Shown here in pieces: positions 1-10,672 of a DNA stretch of 64,000 nucleotides. This DNA is from Pontiella sp. Lineage in GTDB: Bacteria > Verrucomicrobiota > Kiritimatiellia > Kiritimatiellales > Pontiellaceae. The first letter of the stretch is position 1, and the number at the start of each line of letters is the position of its first letter. Position numbers and translations under genes: made by a program. The stretch spans positions 288,001 through 352,000 of the forward strand of contig JBNKHE010000002.1 of the NCBI GenBank assembly GCA_050290185.1. Direction: 5' to 3'. The notes under the pieces are model-generated. The model was not told the origin of the DNA and made no database searches. It saw nothing but the letters and a program-made list of their open reading frames with translations.

Positions 1-70
1 GTTCATGGGAGGTCACGGAGTACACAGAGGATTTCCCTCCGTGTTTCTCTGTGATAACAATCCTTACCCG

Positions 71-1861
71 TCAGCAGATAGGTCGCGTTTTGGCCTCGAG
101 CCAAGCGGCTTCGTCCGCATCCAGATGCGGCGACAGTTTTTCGAACACGGTCTTGTGGTAGTCGTTCAACCATTCGATTTCTGCGGCTGATAGCAGTTCC
201 AACTTCAGCGGCGTGGTGTCGATCGGACAGAGGGTAAGCGTGCGGAAGCGGTAGAAGGAGCCGGATTCGGTTTCGCGATCCTCTTCGACAACGACCATGT
301 TTTCGGTGCGGATACCGTGGCGGCCTTCCTTGTAGACGCCAGGCTCGATGGTCAGGATCATGCCGGGCTCAAAGGGCGTATCGCTGCGCTTGTGCTGGCT
401 GAAGTTCTGCGGACCTTCGTGCACGTTCAGGTAACAACCAACGCCATGACCGGTACCGCATTTGTAATCAAGCCCCTGCTCCCAAAGCGGTTGCCGGGCG
501 AGAATATCGAGGTTGTTGCCGGCGGCCCCTTTCAAAAAACGCACGCGGGAAAGGTTGATGACGCCTTTGAGCACCAGCGTGTAGTCCGTTTTTTGTTCTT
601 CCGACAGCTCGCCCAGTGCAAAGGTGCGGGTGATATCAGTGGTCCCGCCGAGATATTGTCCGCCTGAATCAATCAGGTAGAATCCTTGCGGCTCCAGCGT
701 GGCGCAGGTTTCCGGCTTCGGGAAATAGTGCATCATGGCCGCGTTGGAGCCATAGCCCGAGATGGATGTGAAGCTCAGGTCGACGCAGTCGGGACAAGCC
801 CGCCGGAAAGCTTCGAGGCGATCGGCCGCCGAGCATTCCGTAACACCACCTTGCGGCACTTCGGTCTCAATCCACTTCCAGAAACGCACCATGGCCGCGC
901 CGTCGAGTTCCTGCACCTTACTCCAGTTTTCCAACTCGGTTTCATTTTTGCACGCCTTTGGTAAATCCGTCAGGTCCTTTCCGGAAACCACCTTGCAGGA
1001 GACCTTGGCGTGCAGACTGGCGCTTACCCGTTCTTCGCAAAGATAGAGCGAAGCATCTTCCGGAAGCGCTTCCAGCGCTGACCAAACGGCATCGTACGAC
1101 GCGGCTTCGGCGCCAGCGGCGGCCAGTGCGGTGCAGACTTCATCCGTCAGCTTGGCTTCGTCGACAAAGAGGGTCGCCTTTTCGTTTTCCACCAGTGCAT
1201 AGGCGGTCAGGATCGGGCACATTGGCGTATCATCACCGCGGATATTGAAGAGCCAGGCAATATCGTAGAGCGAAGAGAGCAAATAAGCGTCCGCCTCCTG
1301 TTCACTCATAGCCTCGCGGATCTCGGCGAGCTTTTCGCCGGCAGAACGGCCGGAATAGGACAAAGGATGCAGTCTCGCCGGATTCACCGGAAGCACTGGA
1401 CGATCTTTCCAAAGGCCGGAAATGAGGTCGAGATCGGTTACGACCCGGATGTGTTTCTTCTTGAGTTTCTTTTCCCACGCCGCGACCTGCGCCGTGGTTA
1501 CCAACCGTCCATCAACCCCTACCGCGCCGCCTTCGGGCACCTTTTCAGCAATCCAATCGATCATCTCCGGCACACCGGGCATCAGCATCTTGAAGAGGTC
1601 GATTCCAGAGCCTTCCAGTTCTTTTTCTGCCTGGATGAAATAGCGTCCGTCTGCCCACAGCCCCGCCTGTTGCGGGAGGACGGCGACCGTTCCGACGGAC
1701 CCCGTAAAGCCGCTGAGCCATTCGCGGCATCGCCAATGGGGATGCACATATTCGGTCTGATGCGGATCGGCACTCGGAACGATAAAGGCGTCCAGCTTGA
1801 ATTGCTCCATTAACACGCGAAGCCGGCGGACGTTTTCAGATGCAGGTGTATTCATGCGCAA
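71..1861 (-). CDS. Aminopeptidase P family (Xaa-Pro aminopeptidase, M24B)
   Basis: Creatinase-N motifs DPHQTEY, SGFTGS, DGRYFIQA; metal ligands DSGGQY-GTTDITRT, GTGHGVG-LNVHEGP, TIEPGVY, GIRTEN. The start may be the ATG at 1855. Confidence 0.93.
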   Translation of the reverse strand: MRMNTPASENVRRLRVLMEQFKLDAFIVPSADPHQTEYVHPHWRCREWLSGFTGSVGTVAVLPQQAGLWADGRYFIQAEKELEGSGIDLFKMLMPGVPEMIDWIAEKVPEGGAVGVDGRLVTTAQVAAWEKKLKKKHIRVVTDLDLISGLWKDRPVLPVNPARLHPLSYSGRSAGEKLAEIREAMSEQEADAYLLSSLYDIAWLFNIRGDDTPMCPILTAYALVENEKATLFVDEAKLTDEVCTALAAAGAEAASYDAVWSALEALPEDASLYLCEERVSASLHAKVSCKVVSGKDLTDLPKACKNETELENWSKVQELDGAAMVRFWKWIETEVPQGGVTECSAADRLEAFRRACPDCVDLSFTSISGYGSNAAMMHYFPKPETCATLEPQGFYLIDSGGQYLGGTTDITRTFALGELSEEQKTDYTLVLKGVINLSRVRFLKGAAGNNLDILARQPLWEQGLDYKCGTGHGVGCYLNVHEGPQNFSQHKRSDTPFEPGMILTIEPGVYKEGRHGIRTENMVVVEEDRETESGSFYRFRTLTLCPIDTTPLKLELLSAAEIEWLNDYHKTVFEKLSPHLDADEAAWLEAKTRPIC

Positions 1862-1864
1862 AAG

Positions 1865-2635
1865 CTAACAATCCAAATCCTTCTTCGCAATCCCGTCCCA
1901 ACAGGAAGTTGCCCGGAATAATTCAGCCTCGTCACTCAGGATGGAGTGGGCAAAACCTTGCGGCCCGGTTTCCTCAACATACATGGAAACCGTTTTCCCA
2001 TAGACCGCTTCGGCGAGATAGTTGACTTCCAGTTTCGTTAGCGTGTGCTTTTGATGGAACTCCAGCGGCAGACTGTTTAATACCCATTCGATGTAGCGCA
2101 CGTTGTTGACATGCCCGTTCAGGTCGAGGTCGCCATAGGAGACCAACACCGACCCGACCCCCGCGCCGCCACAGCTCTTCAACCGGCGCAGCTTGGATTC
2201 AAACACACCGGGACTCACCGGCAGGTCGACGGAAAGATAAATTTCCGGAGGCATGCGTTCGCGCTTTTTGATGTCGATCAGCGACCATCCATTTGCCGCC
2301 AGCAGTACGCGATTCCCATTCCCATCGGTGATCTCGAAATCGCGATAGAAAAACAATTTGTCCCGGCCCGACGGCCAGGTTCGGATATTTACCGTATCGC
2401 CCCACTTCGGCAACCGGTCCACCTCGATCCGCTGACGGGCCAGCACCCAGGTCATGCCGCGCTCGGCCAGAAAAGAGTGTCCAAGCCCAAGGTGTTCGGC
2501 ATGGTGATATGCCGCCTCCTGCATGAAACGGCACAGTGCCGGCAGGCGCGCCGCCTGATGGGGGTCTACATCATACGAGCTGATCGCATGCTCCGTCCGC
2601 CATTCCGGTTTTACTGCTCTCGACATGCAAGACAT
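1865..2635 (-). CDS. Acyl-ACP thioesterase (double hotdog fold)
   Basis: MQEAAxxH, WVL, P.WGD.V.I.TW, catalytic DLDLNGHVNNVRY, VNYLAE. Confidence 0.9.
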   Translation of the reverse strand: MSCMSRAVKPEWRTEHAISSYDVDPHQAARLPALCRFMQEAAYHHAEHLGLGHSFLAERGMTWVLARQRIEVDRLPKWGDTVNIRTWPSGRDKLFFYRDFEITDGNGNRVLLAANGWSLIDIKKRERMPPEIYLSVDLPVSPGVFESKLRRLKSCGGAGVGSVLVSYGDLDLNGHVNNVRYIEWVLNSLPLEFHQKHTLTKLEVNYLAEAVYGKTVSMYVEETGPQGFAHSILSDEAELFRATSCWDGIAKKDLDC

Positions 2636-2847
2636 TTAACACGAAGCGCGCAAAAAACGCGAAGACCGGAAACGGAAATTCTTCGCTGTTACCATGATAT
2701 AAACTGGGAAAGCAAAATACCGCAATCTTCAACTTGATTGCCCGGCGGCCATGGTACCAAATATTTCTTTTTGATTATTGATCGCTTTAAGAAAAGCCGG
2801 TTGCACAAAACCATGTCTTGAAATTCCGAACAGAGAGGAAGAGACCG

Positions 2848-5800
2848 ATGAGAAAAGTAACACAGGTATTCACCGTATTGGCATGGGCAGCCCTGCTACT
2901 GGGAACGGCAACCGCCGGTACATCCACGAACCGGGTGCTATTCATCGGGAACAGCTTCACCTACTACAACGACATGCCGAACATGTTCGGCACGATTGCC
3001 GCCAACCGGGGGCATACTGTGGAGGTGGCCCAATCTACCGAGGGAGGCTATTTCCTTTCCTACCACGTTGCCGACTCCAATACGCTGGCACTCATCGACC
3101 AGGGCGACTGGGATTTTGTAGTGCTTCAGGATCAGAGCACCTGGCCGAGTGCCTGTGCCGTCTATCCGGATGTTATGGACTCGGAAACCTCCGTGGTGGA
3201 AATCCTCTACGACCGGGTCAAGGCGACCAGTCCGAATGCCTCAATTGTGCTGTTCGAGACCTGGGCGTGGGATGAAGGCCGAATCATCAGCAACTACAAC
3301 CAAGACACGAATTCGGTTATGGGCCCGGACGCTGCCACGATGCAGGCGCGTACTTCCTATACCTACCATTACCTGGCCGATTATCTTCGAGGCGTTGGCA
3401 AAAACGATGTCCGCGTTGCCCATGTGGGCGATGCGCGCGAAGTCAACCGTCTCGGACAAAACTACAACATGTTCCATGATGTCTCCCACCCCAATGCGGC
3501 GGGCAGCTATCTCGCCGCACTCGTCTTCTATTCCACGATTTTCGAAGCAGATCCGCTCGAAGTGACCTACAACCGGCTCAGCGCCACCGATAGCGCCTAC
3601 GTCCGTAGCATGGCCCGATACTCAGCGTATATTTCCGCTCCAAATCCTCCGCGGAATCCCACGGCAAGCGTGACCGATACCAATCAGGTGATAGGATGGG
3701 ATGAACCCATCTTTGCTCAAATGACCGGCACGAACGGCCTGGCTACCGGCTATGTGGTGGAACGGGCGCTCACCAGCGGCGGCCCCTATGCGGTGGTCGG
3801 AACCGTGGCGACAAACCAGTTTTCCGATACCGATATCAGCGCTGACGGTCCATACTACTATGTAATCAGCGCAACCAACAGCTCCGGCACCAGTCCCGTA
3901 TCCAAGGAACTTCTCGTGGTGCGAACCGCTCCTGCTACACCGACCGGACTTGTCGCCCAGGGAGGACATGCCAAAGTTTGGCTGACATGGAATGCCGTGC
4001 CGGGGGCAGATGGCTACGCCATCAAACGGGCCACATCCAGCGGAGGGCCCTACACCAATGCGGCGACCGGAACCACCGGGACGAACTATGTCGACACCGG
4101 GCTGATTGACAACACGGACTACTACTATGTCGTCAGCGCAACCAATGCATATGGAGCAAGCCTCGATTCCACGGAAGCTTCCGCAACGACGGTGGCACCG
4201 GCACTGGTGGCGCACTACGCAATGGATGGCGACGTAACCGACAGCTCCGGAAACAATCTCGATGCGACCGTCACGGGAGCGCCAACCTACGTCCCGGGTC
4301 ATTCCGGACAGGCGATTGCTCTAAACGGCTCCAGCGACTATGCCCAGGCACCTGCGGGCATCGCCGATTCGGACGACATCACAATCTCGGCCTGGGTCTA
4401 TTGGGACGGCGACAGCAATTGGCAGCGCATCTTCGACTTCGGGAACGACACCAGCCACTACATGTTTCTTTCGCCGAAAAGCGGCAACGGGACGCTACGT
4501 TTCGCGATCAAGAACGGGGGAAGCGAGCAGATTGTCGATACCACGGCACTCGCTACCGGCGTGTGGACACATGTGGCCGTGACGCTGGAACAGGATATCT
4601 CAACGCTCTACATCAACGGGGCGGCGGTGAGCGCGAACACGGCGGTCACCATCAATCCGTCCGACTTCAATCCGGTAGTCAACTATATCGGCAAAAGTCA
4701 GTGGCCGGACCCCTTGTTCAACGGGCGCATCGATGATTTCCGCGTTTATAACGGCGCACTGTCGGCGGCCGAAGTGAACTCGTTGATCGGCAGTGCGACG
4801 GAAGCCTACTGGAACTTTGAGGAAGGTACGGCGGATGCCTACGTGACCGGTCCGGCTACCGACGGTACATATATCGGCAGCATTCTGGATGTTTCCGGTA
4901 ACGGAAACAACCTGTCGCCCTGGGCGGCGAACTGGGAGTGGTATCGTGCCGATGCAGCCGCAGCGGCGACTCCGCAAAACGAAGTCGCCAATCACCTGAG
5001 CGTCCAGAATGCCAATAACAACAACGCCATGTCGGCCATCGGAACCTCGTTGACAACCTGGAATCCTTCGGCATGGACGATTGAGGCCGCCTTCAAAACC
5101 GATCGCACAACCGGTACCCAGACGATCGTCGGGCGCGACAGCCAGGGAGCCTATGCGGGCGACACGAGGGTGTCGGCGCTCTACTTCTCGGTGCGCGGAT
5201 CGGCCATGGCAATCCAGTTCACGGATACAGCCGGCAACAACTGGAATGTAGCCTCTGCGGCTGGTGTGGTTGCCGCAGGCAACTGGTACGCGGTTGCAGC
5301 AACATCCGATGGTTCAACGCTGTCGCTATACCTGAAAAACGTGACCGCCGGCGATGCGTCCTACACCCTGCTAGGCAGTCTGAATATCTCCAGCAGTGCG
5401 AATCCAGCCCTTTCGGTTGGCGCAGGCGATGGTGCCGATTGGGATGCCGGTGTGTTCTCGGTAGGCCGCGGCCTGTATAATGGCGGTCACGCCGACCGCT
5501 TCTTTGGATACCTCGATGACATCCGCCTTTCCGCGAAAGCGCTTAACCCCGACGAATTTCTGTACAACACGCCTACGGCTCCGTCATCCCCGACGGGTCT
5601 GAACGCAACAGGTGGCGATGGAAATGTGGCGCTCGACTGGGCCGACAATGCAGAACCTGATCTGGCAAGCTATAATGTGTATCGCTCAACAACCTCCGGA
5701 AGCTATGGCCCCGCGTTGGCAATAGGCATTGCGGGCAGCAGCTATACGGATAATACGGTTGGCAACGGCACCACCTATTACTATGTGGTGACCGCCGTGG

Positions 5801-6105
5801 ATACCGATGCCAACGAATCCGGCTTCAGCAGTGAAGCCAACGCGGTGCCCTCCATCGCTATAGCACCCGGAGAATACGCAATTTCCGAAAGCGCTATTTC
5901 CTCCGGAACGAATCTGGCGCTGACGGTTTCTTCTTCCGTACCGGGGCACCTTTACCGGGTGCTGGCCACCGACAGCCTCGTGACCCCGGACTGGCAACCT
6001 GCCGGAACCGCTCTCGCGGGCAACGGCACCAACCTGCTCTTTTCCATTCCCGTCGCCCCCAGCCAAACCAATCGCTTCTTCAAACTCAACGTGCAACGGC
6101 AATAG
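2848..6105 (+). CDS. Secreted modular protein: SGNH/GDSL hydrolase (DUF4886-like), FN3 x2, two LamG-like domains, FN3 and a C-terminal FFK/FYR-type domain
   Basis: Signal peptide after ATG 2848; VLFIGNSFTY, WDFVVLQDQS, DVSHP (DxxH); FN3 YYYVVSATN motifs; LamG WQRIFDFG...GRIDDFRVYN; ends TNRFFKLNVQRQ. Confidence 0.85.
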   Translation: MRKVTQVFTVLAWAALLLGTATAGTSTNRVLFIGNSFTYYNDMPNMFGTIAANRGHTVEVAQSTEGGYFLSYHVADSNTLALIDQGDWDFVVLQDQSTWPSACAVYPDVMDSETSVVEILYDRVKATSPNASIVLFETWAWDEGRIISNYNQDTNSVMGPDAATMQARTSYTYHYLADYLRGVGKNDVRVAHVGDAREVNRLGQNYNMFHDVSHPNAAGSYLAALVFYSTIFEADPLEVTYNRLSATDSAYVRSMARYSAYISAPNPPRNPTASVTDTNQVIGWDEPIFAQMTGTNGLATGYVVERALTSGGPYAVVGTVATNQFSDTDISADGPYYYVISATNSSGTSPVSKELLVVRTAPATPTGLVAQGGHAKVWLTWNAVPGADGYAIKRATSSGGPYTNAATGTTGTNYVDTGLIDNTDYYYVVSATNAYGASLDSTEASATTVAPALVAHYAMDGDVTDSSGNNLDATVTGAPTYVPGHSGQAIALNGSSDYAQAPAGIADSDDITISAWVYWDGDSNWQRIFDFGNDTSHYMFLSPKSGNGTLRFAIKNGGSEQIVDTTALATGVWTHVAVTLEQDISTLYINGAAVSANTAVTINPSDFNPVVNYIGKSQWPDPLFNGRIDDFRVYNGALSAAEVNSLIGSATEAYWNFEEGTADAYVTGPATDGTYIGSILDVSGNGNNLSPWAANWEWYRADAAAAATPQNEVANHLSVQNANNNNAMSAIGTSLTTWNPSAWTIEAAFKTDRTTGTQTIVGRDSQGAYAGDTRVSALYFSVRGSAMAIQFTDTAGNNWNVASAAGVVAAGNWYAVAATSDGSTLSLYLKNVTAGDASYTLLGSLNISSSANPALSVGAGDGADWDAGVFSVGRGLYNGGHADRFFGYLDDIRLSAKALNPDEFLYNTPTAPSSPTGLNATGGDGNVALDWADNAEPDLASYNVYRSTTSGSYGPALAIGIAGSSYTDNTVGNGTTYYYVVTAVDTDANESGFSSEANAVPSIAIAPGEYAISESAISSGTNLALTVSSSVPGHLYRVLATDSLVTPDWQPAGTALAGNGTNLLFSIPVAPSQTNRFFKLNVQRQ

Positions 6106-6135
6106 GAAAACGCGGTCGCAGCTATTCCGGGTCAT

Positions 6136-6268
6136 GGAGCAGCACAAAAGTGCTGCTTCCGTGACCTTCGAGTCTGCGGGAGTTGTTAGGTTTTAGAGAT
6201 GGCGTCCTTCCCGCTAAAGACGGGACACTCGCTGAGCGGGGCGGGCAACGAGGACGTTGCCCCTCCAC
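6136..6268. repeat. Intergenic REP-like palindromes between convergent genes
   Basis: Hairpins GGAGCAGCAC-AAAA-GTGCTGCTTCC (6136-6160) and GGGCAACG-AGGA-CGTTGCCC followed by CTCCAC (6243-6268). Confidence 0.5.
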
Positions 6269-6290
6269 CAAAACCATTCTGCAAACGGTA

Positions 6291-6803
6291 TTAAATCGTT
6301 TTGGCTCGGAGTTCTTCGGGGAGCGAAAGCTGGTGATGGTGGCAGATGGCAATGGCCAGCGCGTCGGCTGCATCCTCCTGCGGCTGCTCGGTAAGATTGA
6401 GCAGGCGCATCACCATCTTCGCCACCTGATCCTTCTGCGCCGCGCCGGTGCCGACCACAGCCGATTTCACACTACGAGGCGAGTGTTCCGTGAGTACCAA
6501 TCCCTTTTTCGCGCAAGCCGTAATGGCCGAGCCGCGGGCCTGTCCCAACACCATGGCCGTCTGGGCATTCTTGGCAAAAAAGGCCCCCTCGATCGCCGCG
6601 CAGTCGGGTGCGTGTTCTTCAATCAGATCCGTGATCGAATTGAAGATGTTTTCCAGACAAAGCGAATGCGGATCCTTCGGCTTGTTTCGGATGCGGCCAT
6701 AGGCAACCGCCCGCAGATCGGATCCCCGTGCCTCAATAATTCCCACGCCCGTCGAACGCAGCGACGTATCAATCCCCAGAATTCGGATAGTCTTCTTTGC
6801 CAT
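6291..6803 (-). CDS. ruvC: Holliday junction resolvase RuvC
   Basis: RILGIDTSLRSTG, AIEGAF, LGQARG, VKSAVVGTGAAQKDQV, EDAADALAIAICH; ATG at 6803. Confidence 0.95.
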   Translation of the reverse strand: MAKKTIRILGIDTSLRSTGVGIIEARGSDLRAVAYGRIRNKPKDPHSLCLENIFNSITDLIEEHAPDCAAIEGAFFAKNAQTAMVLGQARGSAITACAKKGLVLTEHSPRSVKSAVVGTGAAQKDQVAKMVMRLLNLTEQPQEDAADALAIAICHHHQLSLPEELRAKTI

Positions 6804-6864
6804 GACGAACAGACTACCCTGGGCGCAGAAAGTGGAAAGAAAATTTTCCAGTCCTGCCCAAAAC

Positions 6865-6892
6865 AAAAAGCGGCCCGTTTCCGAGCCGCCTT
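6865..6892 (-). terminator. Intrinsic terminator of acnB
   Basis: Minus strand AAGGCGGCTCGGAAACGGGCCGC-TTTTT: GC hairpin plus U-tract just past the acnB stop. Confidence 0.7.
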
Positions 6893-6928
6893 CCACTTGC
6901 ACCAGAAACCTAGTGCCTCTTGCCTAAA

Positions 6929-9487
6929 CTATACCGAAAACTCCGTCATCTGATCGAAGTTGAGGTATTTGTAGACATTGTCGGTCTTGCCTTTCAGCTT
7001 CGGCCCGACGATCTCGACGTATTCAGCCGGAGTCGGCAACGCGCCCTTGAGCGCGACAACGGCGGCGAGCTCGGCCGAACCCAGATAGACCTGGGCATCC
7101 TTGCCCATGCGGTTGTTGAAGTTGCGCGTGGAGGTCGAGAACACGACGGCCTTGTCGTGGACGCGCGCCTGGTTGCCCATGCAGAGCGAGCAGCCCGGGA
7201 TTTCCAACCGCGCACCGGCGGCACTGAATTTCGCGTAGTAGCCCTCTTTCGTCAGCTGCGCCTGATCCATCTTGGTTGGCGGGCAGATCCACAGGTTGAC
7301 GTTGGCGAAACCTTCGCCATCGAGCACTTCGCCGGCGGCGCGGAAATGGCCAATGTTGGTCATGCAGCTTCCGATGAACACTTCGTCGACCTTGGCGCCC
7401 TGCACATCGGACAGCTTCTTCACATCGTCCGGGTCGTTCGGGCAGCACAGCAGCGGCTCCGTGATTTCGTTCAGGTCGATTTCAATAACCTGTGCATATT
7501 CCGCGTTGTCGTCGGCGCTCATGAGTTCGCCGTTTTCGATCCAATCCTTCACAGCATCGATGCGCTTTTGCAACGTCTCGGCATCGCCGTAACCGCCCTT
7601 GATCATCTCTTCCATCAGCTTCACGTTGGAATTGAGATATTCAACAACCGACTCACGACCAAGTTTAATGCTCGCTGCGGCCGCGGAGCGTTCGGCGGCA
7701 GCATCGGTCAACTCAAAGGCCTGTTCGACCTTCAGATCCGGCAGGCCTTCCATTTCCAGAATGCGTCCGGCAAAGACGTTTTTCTTGTTCTTCTTTTCAA
7801 CCGTAAGCAGGCCTTCCTGAATGGCCTGGTACGGAATGGCGTTCACGATGTCGCGCAGGGTTACGCCCGGCTGTAGTTCGCCTTTAAAACGAACCAGCAC
7901 CGATTCGGGCATATCCAGCGGCATCACACCCAATGCGGCGGCAAACGCAACCAGACCGGATCCGGCGGGGAAGGAAATGCCCAACGGGAAACGGGTGTGC
8001 GAATCGCCGCCGGTTCCCACGGTGTCCGGGACCAGCAGGCGGTTGAGCCACGAATGGATCACGCCGTCGCCGGGACGCAACGAAACACCCTTGCGGTTCA
8101 TGATGTAATCGGGAAGCGTGGCGTGGGTGATCACATCCGTCGGCTTCGGATAGGCCGCCGTGTGGCAGAACGACTGCATCACCAGATCGGCATTGAACTT
8201 CAGGCAGGCCAGCTCGGTGATTTCGCCGGCGGTCATCGGCCCGGTCGTATCCTGCGATCCGACCGTCGTCATTTTCGGCAGGCAGGAAGTGCCCGGGAGA
8301 ATGCCTTCAACGCCGCAGGCCTTTCCAACCATCTTCTGGGCCAGCGTGTAGCCCTGATGGGCTGCCGGCTTCGGATTATCCGGTACGACAAAAATGCCGG
8401 ATTCGTTGATGGAGCTCATGCCCAGCGCAGCCCGCGCTTTTTCAGTCAGCTGTTTACCGATGATCAGCGGCACACGTCCACCGGCACGATACTCATCAAG
8501 GATCGTGTCAGGTTTGATGGCGTAGGTAGAGATCTCGTTCCCTTCAGCATCGGTGATGAGCCCTTTGGTCGGATAGATTTTGATCACCTTGCCTGTGGTG
8601 AGCCCGCTCACGTCGGTCTGAATCGGCAGGGAACCCGAATCTTCCGCAGTATTGAAAAAGATCGGGGCAATGGTGCTGCCGATAATGATTCCTCCGCGGC
8701 GCTTGTTCGGGATGCACGGAATATCATCGCCAATATGCCAGAGTAGCGAGTTAATGGCCGATTTGCGCGATGAGCCGGTACCCACCACATCGCCGACAAA
8801 GGTGACAGGCAGGCTGGTCTTCTCCTTGAGTTCCGCGATTTCCTGCGGTCCGTTCGGGAACAACGTTCCGCCCATACAGGTGGAGTGCAACGGAATGTCG
8901 GCGCGGGTAAAAGCAAAGGAAGCCGGAGAGAAGTCATCGGTATTGATCTCGCCGTCTACCTTGTAGACGACCGTTTCAATCTCCTCTTCCACTTCGGGAA
9001 GCGACGTAAACCATTCGCCATTGGCCCAGGACTCCAGGATATCCTTTGCAATGGCATTCCCCTTGTCGGCCAGCGCCCGGACATCTTCAAAACGGTTAAC
9101 GGTAAGTACCATGTGTTTCAGTGCACTACCTGCCGTGCCCGCCAGCGGGCCCTGTTCATCCACCAGACGAATCAGACCATCCAGGTTGTAGCCCCCGACC
9201 ATCGTTCCGAGCAGTTCGACGGCGCGTTCCCGCGTAATGAGCGGAGTCGATTCCTCGCCATGTGCAACCTTGAACAGGAACTCGGCCTTAACCTGCGCCG
9301 CTGGGTCAACCCCCGGATTCACTCGATCTGTAATGAGTGCCACAAGCTCGTCTTCTTTACCGGCCGGCGGGTTCTTCAGCAGTTCAATGACTTCCACGGC
9401 CTGCTCCGTGCTTAGGGCTAGCGGCGGGATTCCCTTCTCTTCGCGGTCCTTGACATGGGCGTAATACGTTTCAAAAAAATCGGCCAT
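6929..9487 (-). CDS. acnB: Aconitate hydratase B
   Basis: [73 protein letters not shown]. Confidence 0.97.
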   Translation of the reverse strand: MADFFETYYAHVKDREEKGIPPLALSTEQAVEVIELLKNPPAGKEDELVALITDRVNPGVDPAAQVKAEFLFKVAHGEESTPLITRERAVELLGTMVGGYNLDGLIRLVDEQGPLAGTAGSALKHMVLTVNRFEDVRALADKGNAIAKDILESWANGEWFTSLPEVEEEIETVVYKVDGEINTDDFSPASFAFTRADIPLHSTCMGGTLFPNGPQEIAELKEKTSLPVTFVGDVVGTGSSRKSAINSLLWHIGDDIPCIPNKRRGGIIIGSTIAPIFFNTAEDSGSLPIQTDVSGLTTGKVIKIYPTKGLITDAEGNEISTYAIKPDTILDEYRAGGRVPLIIGKQLTEKARAALGMSSINESGIFVVPDNPKPAAHQGYTLAQKMVGKACGVEGILPGTSCLPKMTTVGSQDTTGPMTAGEITELACLKFNADLVMQSFCHTAAYPKPTDVITHATLPDYIMNRKGVSLRPGDGVIHSWLNRLLVPDTVGTGGDSHTRFPLGISFPAGSGLVAFAAALGVMPLDMPESVLVRFKGELQPGVTLRDIVNAIPYQAIQEGLLTVEKKNKKNVFAGRILEMEGLPDLKVEQAFELTDAAAERSAAAASIKLGRESVVEYLNSNVKLMEEMIKGGYGDAETLQKRIDAVKDWIENGELMSADDNAEYAQVIEIDLNEITEPLLCCPNDPDDVKKLSDVQGAKVDEVFIGSCMTNIGHFRAAGEVLDGEGFANVNLWICPPTKMDQAQLTKEGYYAKFSAAGARLEIPGCSLCMGNQARVHDKAVVFSTSTRNFNNRMGKDAQVYLGSAELAAVVALKGALPTPAEYVEIVGPKLKGKTDNVYKYLNFDQMTEFSV

Positions 9488-9579
9488 AACATGATCATCC
9501 TTATATTAATTCGCTAATGGGACTAAATTAGTATCTGGGACGCGGGGTGTCAATGTAGATGACGCCCTGAGGCTGGGCG

Positions 9580-10662
9580 CTATGCAAAGTCTTCGTCGCG
9601 CGTGCAGCAATAATCGATGATGCTGGAAATCGTGTCGGTCGATACACCCCGCCAGAAGATCTGCCACTTGCCGGAGAGGTGGTGCCCGTCAGCCTGCTGG
9701 TGGTACCACGAGTTGAAGGGGTTTGCCACGTTGGAGCGCCAGAAGAGCGCCGGGTGGTTTTCGCAGACTTCACGCCAGAGTTCCAGCGCCAGTCCTTCGC
9801 CGCGAGCCTCACGTCCAACAGCAAACTTGGAGAGATAGAGTCCGGCCGGATGCTTTTCGAGGAGTACGGCACCGCGATAATCCTTCTCGATGTAGGCCTC
9901 GCCCACGTTGTCCATGAAGGACTGGCTTTTCAGTTTCTTGCCGAAGCTGGCCTCAAGTAGGCCAACCATGCGGGCATGGTCGATTTTTTCCGCATCATGG
10001 ACGTGCTGGATTTCGCTCCCCTTGCGGAACAGTGTTCCGGCCCCTTTTACGGTAAATATTTCCTGCAGCAGGTTGATCGGCGAGGTAATGGAAAGGTGCA
10101 GTCCCGGCCGCGCTTCAAGCAGTTTTCCGCCCAGCGAAGGATAGTCGACCTCAAGGCTTTCCAACGGTTGCTGGTTTTCCTTGTGCGTATAAACGTAGGG
10201 CATCAGCTCCCCGGCCGTGTTCTTCAGCCCTCCGGCGGCACGAACGAAATGCACGCGCTTGGCCACATCGGGAACAAGCTGAAGCAAGGCGGCGTCCCAA
10301 TCCATGTTTTCGGCCACCAGCACCGGCACCTTGTCATCCAGCTTGGCCTTTTGAATGAAGGCCTTGGCGTCGCTGCCGGCAAGGGCATGAAACTCGAATA
10401 TCGGCTCCCTAGACAAGGAGTCGCGCATTTTACCGGCCTGTTCCCCGCAGAGCAGGATCGCCGGAACCAGTTCGAGCCGCAGCAGGAAATGCAGATCGAA
10501 TGCCAGCACCTCGGACCCGGCCTCGATGCTGCCCGGGTCCGGGCATAGCAATGCAAAGCAGGACGAATGCTCCGACTGGAACTTGTTCAGGTAGAACTCG
10601 TATTCGTCCCGCCGCCCGATGCTATCGAGAAACAGCCGTATCGTTTTGCTTAGCGTGATCAT
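9580..10662 (-). CDS. N-acetylglutamate synthase-like protein (shortened amino-acid-kinase-like domain plus DUF619 NAT domain)
   Basis: SITSP.NLLQEIFTVKGAGTLFRKG linker; YLSKFAV...GEGL...LFWRS...NPFNSWY...DG...FW.G typical of the DUF619 NAT domain. Confidence 0.8.
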   Translation of the reverse strand: MITLSKTIRLFLDSIGRRDEYEFYLNKFQSEHSSCFALLCPDPGSIEAGSEVLAFDLHFLLRLELVPAILLCGEQAGKMRDSLSREPIFEFHALAGSDAKAFIQKAKLDDKVPVLVAENMDWDAALLQLVPDVAKRVHFVRAAGGLKNTAGELMPYVYTHKENQQPLESLEVDYPSLGGKLLEARPGLHLSITSPINLLQEIFTVKGAGTLFRKGSEIQHVHDAEKIDHARMVGLLEASFGKKLKSQSFMDNVGEAYIEKDYRGAVLLEKHPAGLYLSKFAVGREARGEGLALELWREVCENHPALFWRSNVANPFNSWYHQQADGHHLSGKWQIFWRGVSTDTISSIIDYCCTRDEDFA

Positions 10663-10672
10663 TGAAAGGATT

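Noticed and set aside
6183..9415. Long plus-strand ORFs opposite ruvC and acnB (likewise opposite trpB2, thiF and mrp)
   Set aside because: Antisense frames of well-supported high-GC genes, with no motifs of their own.
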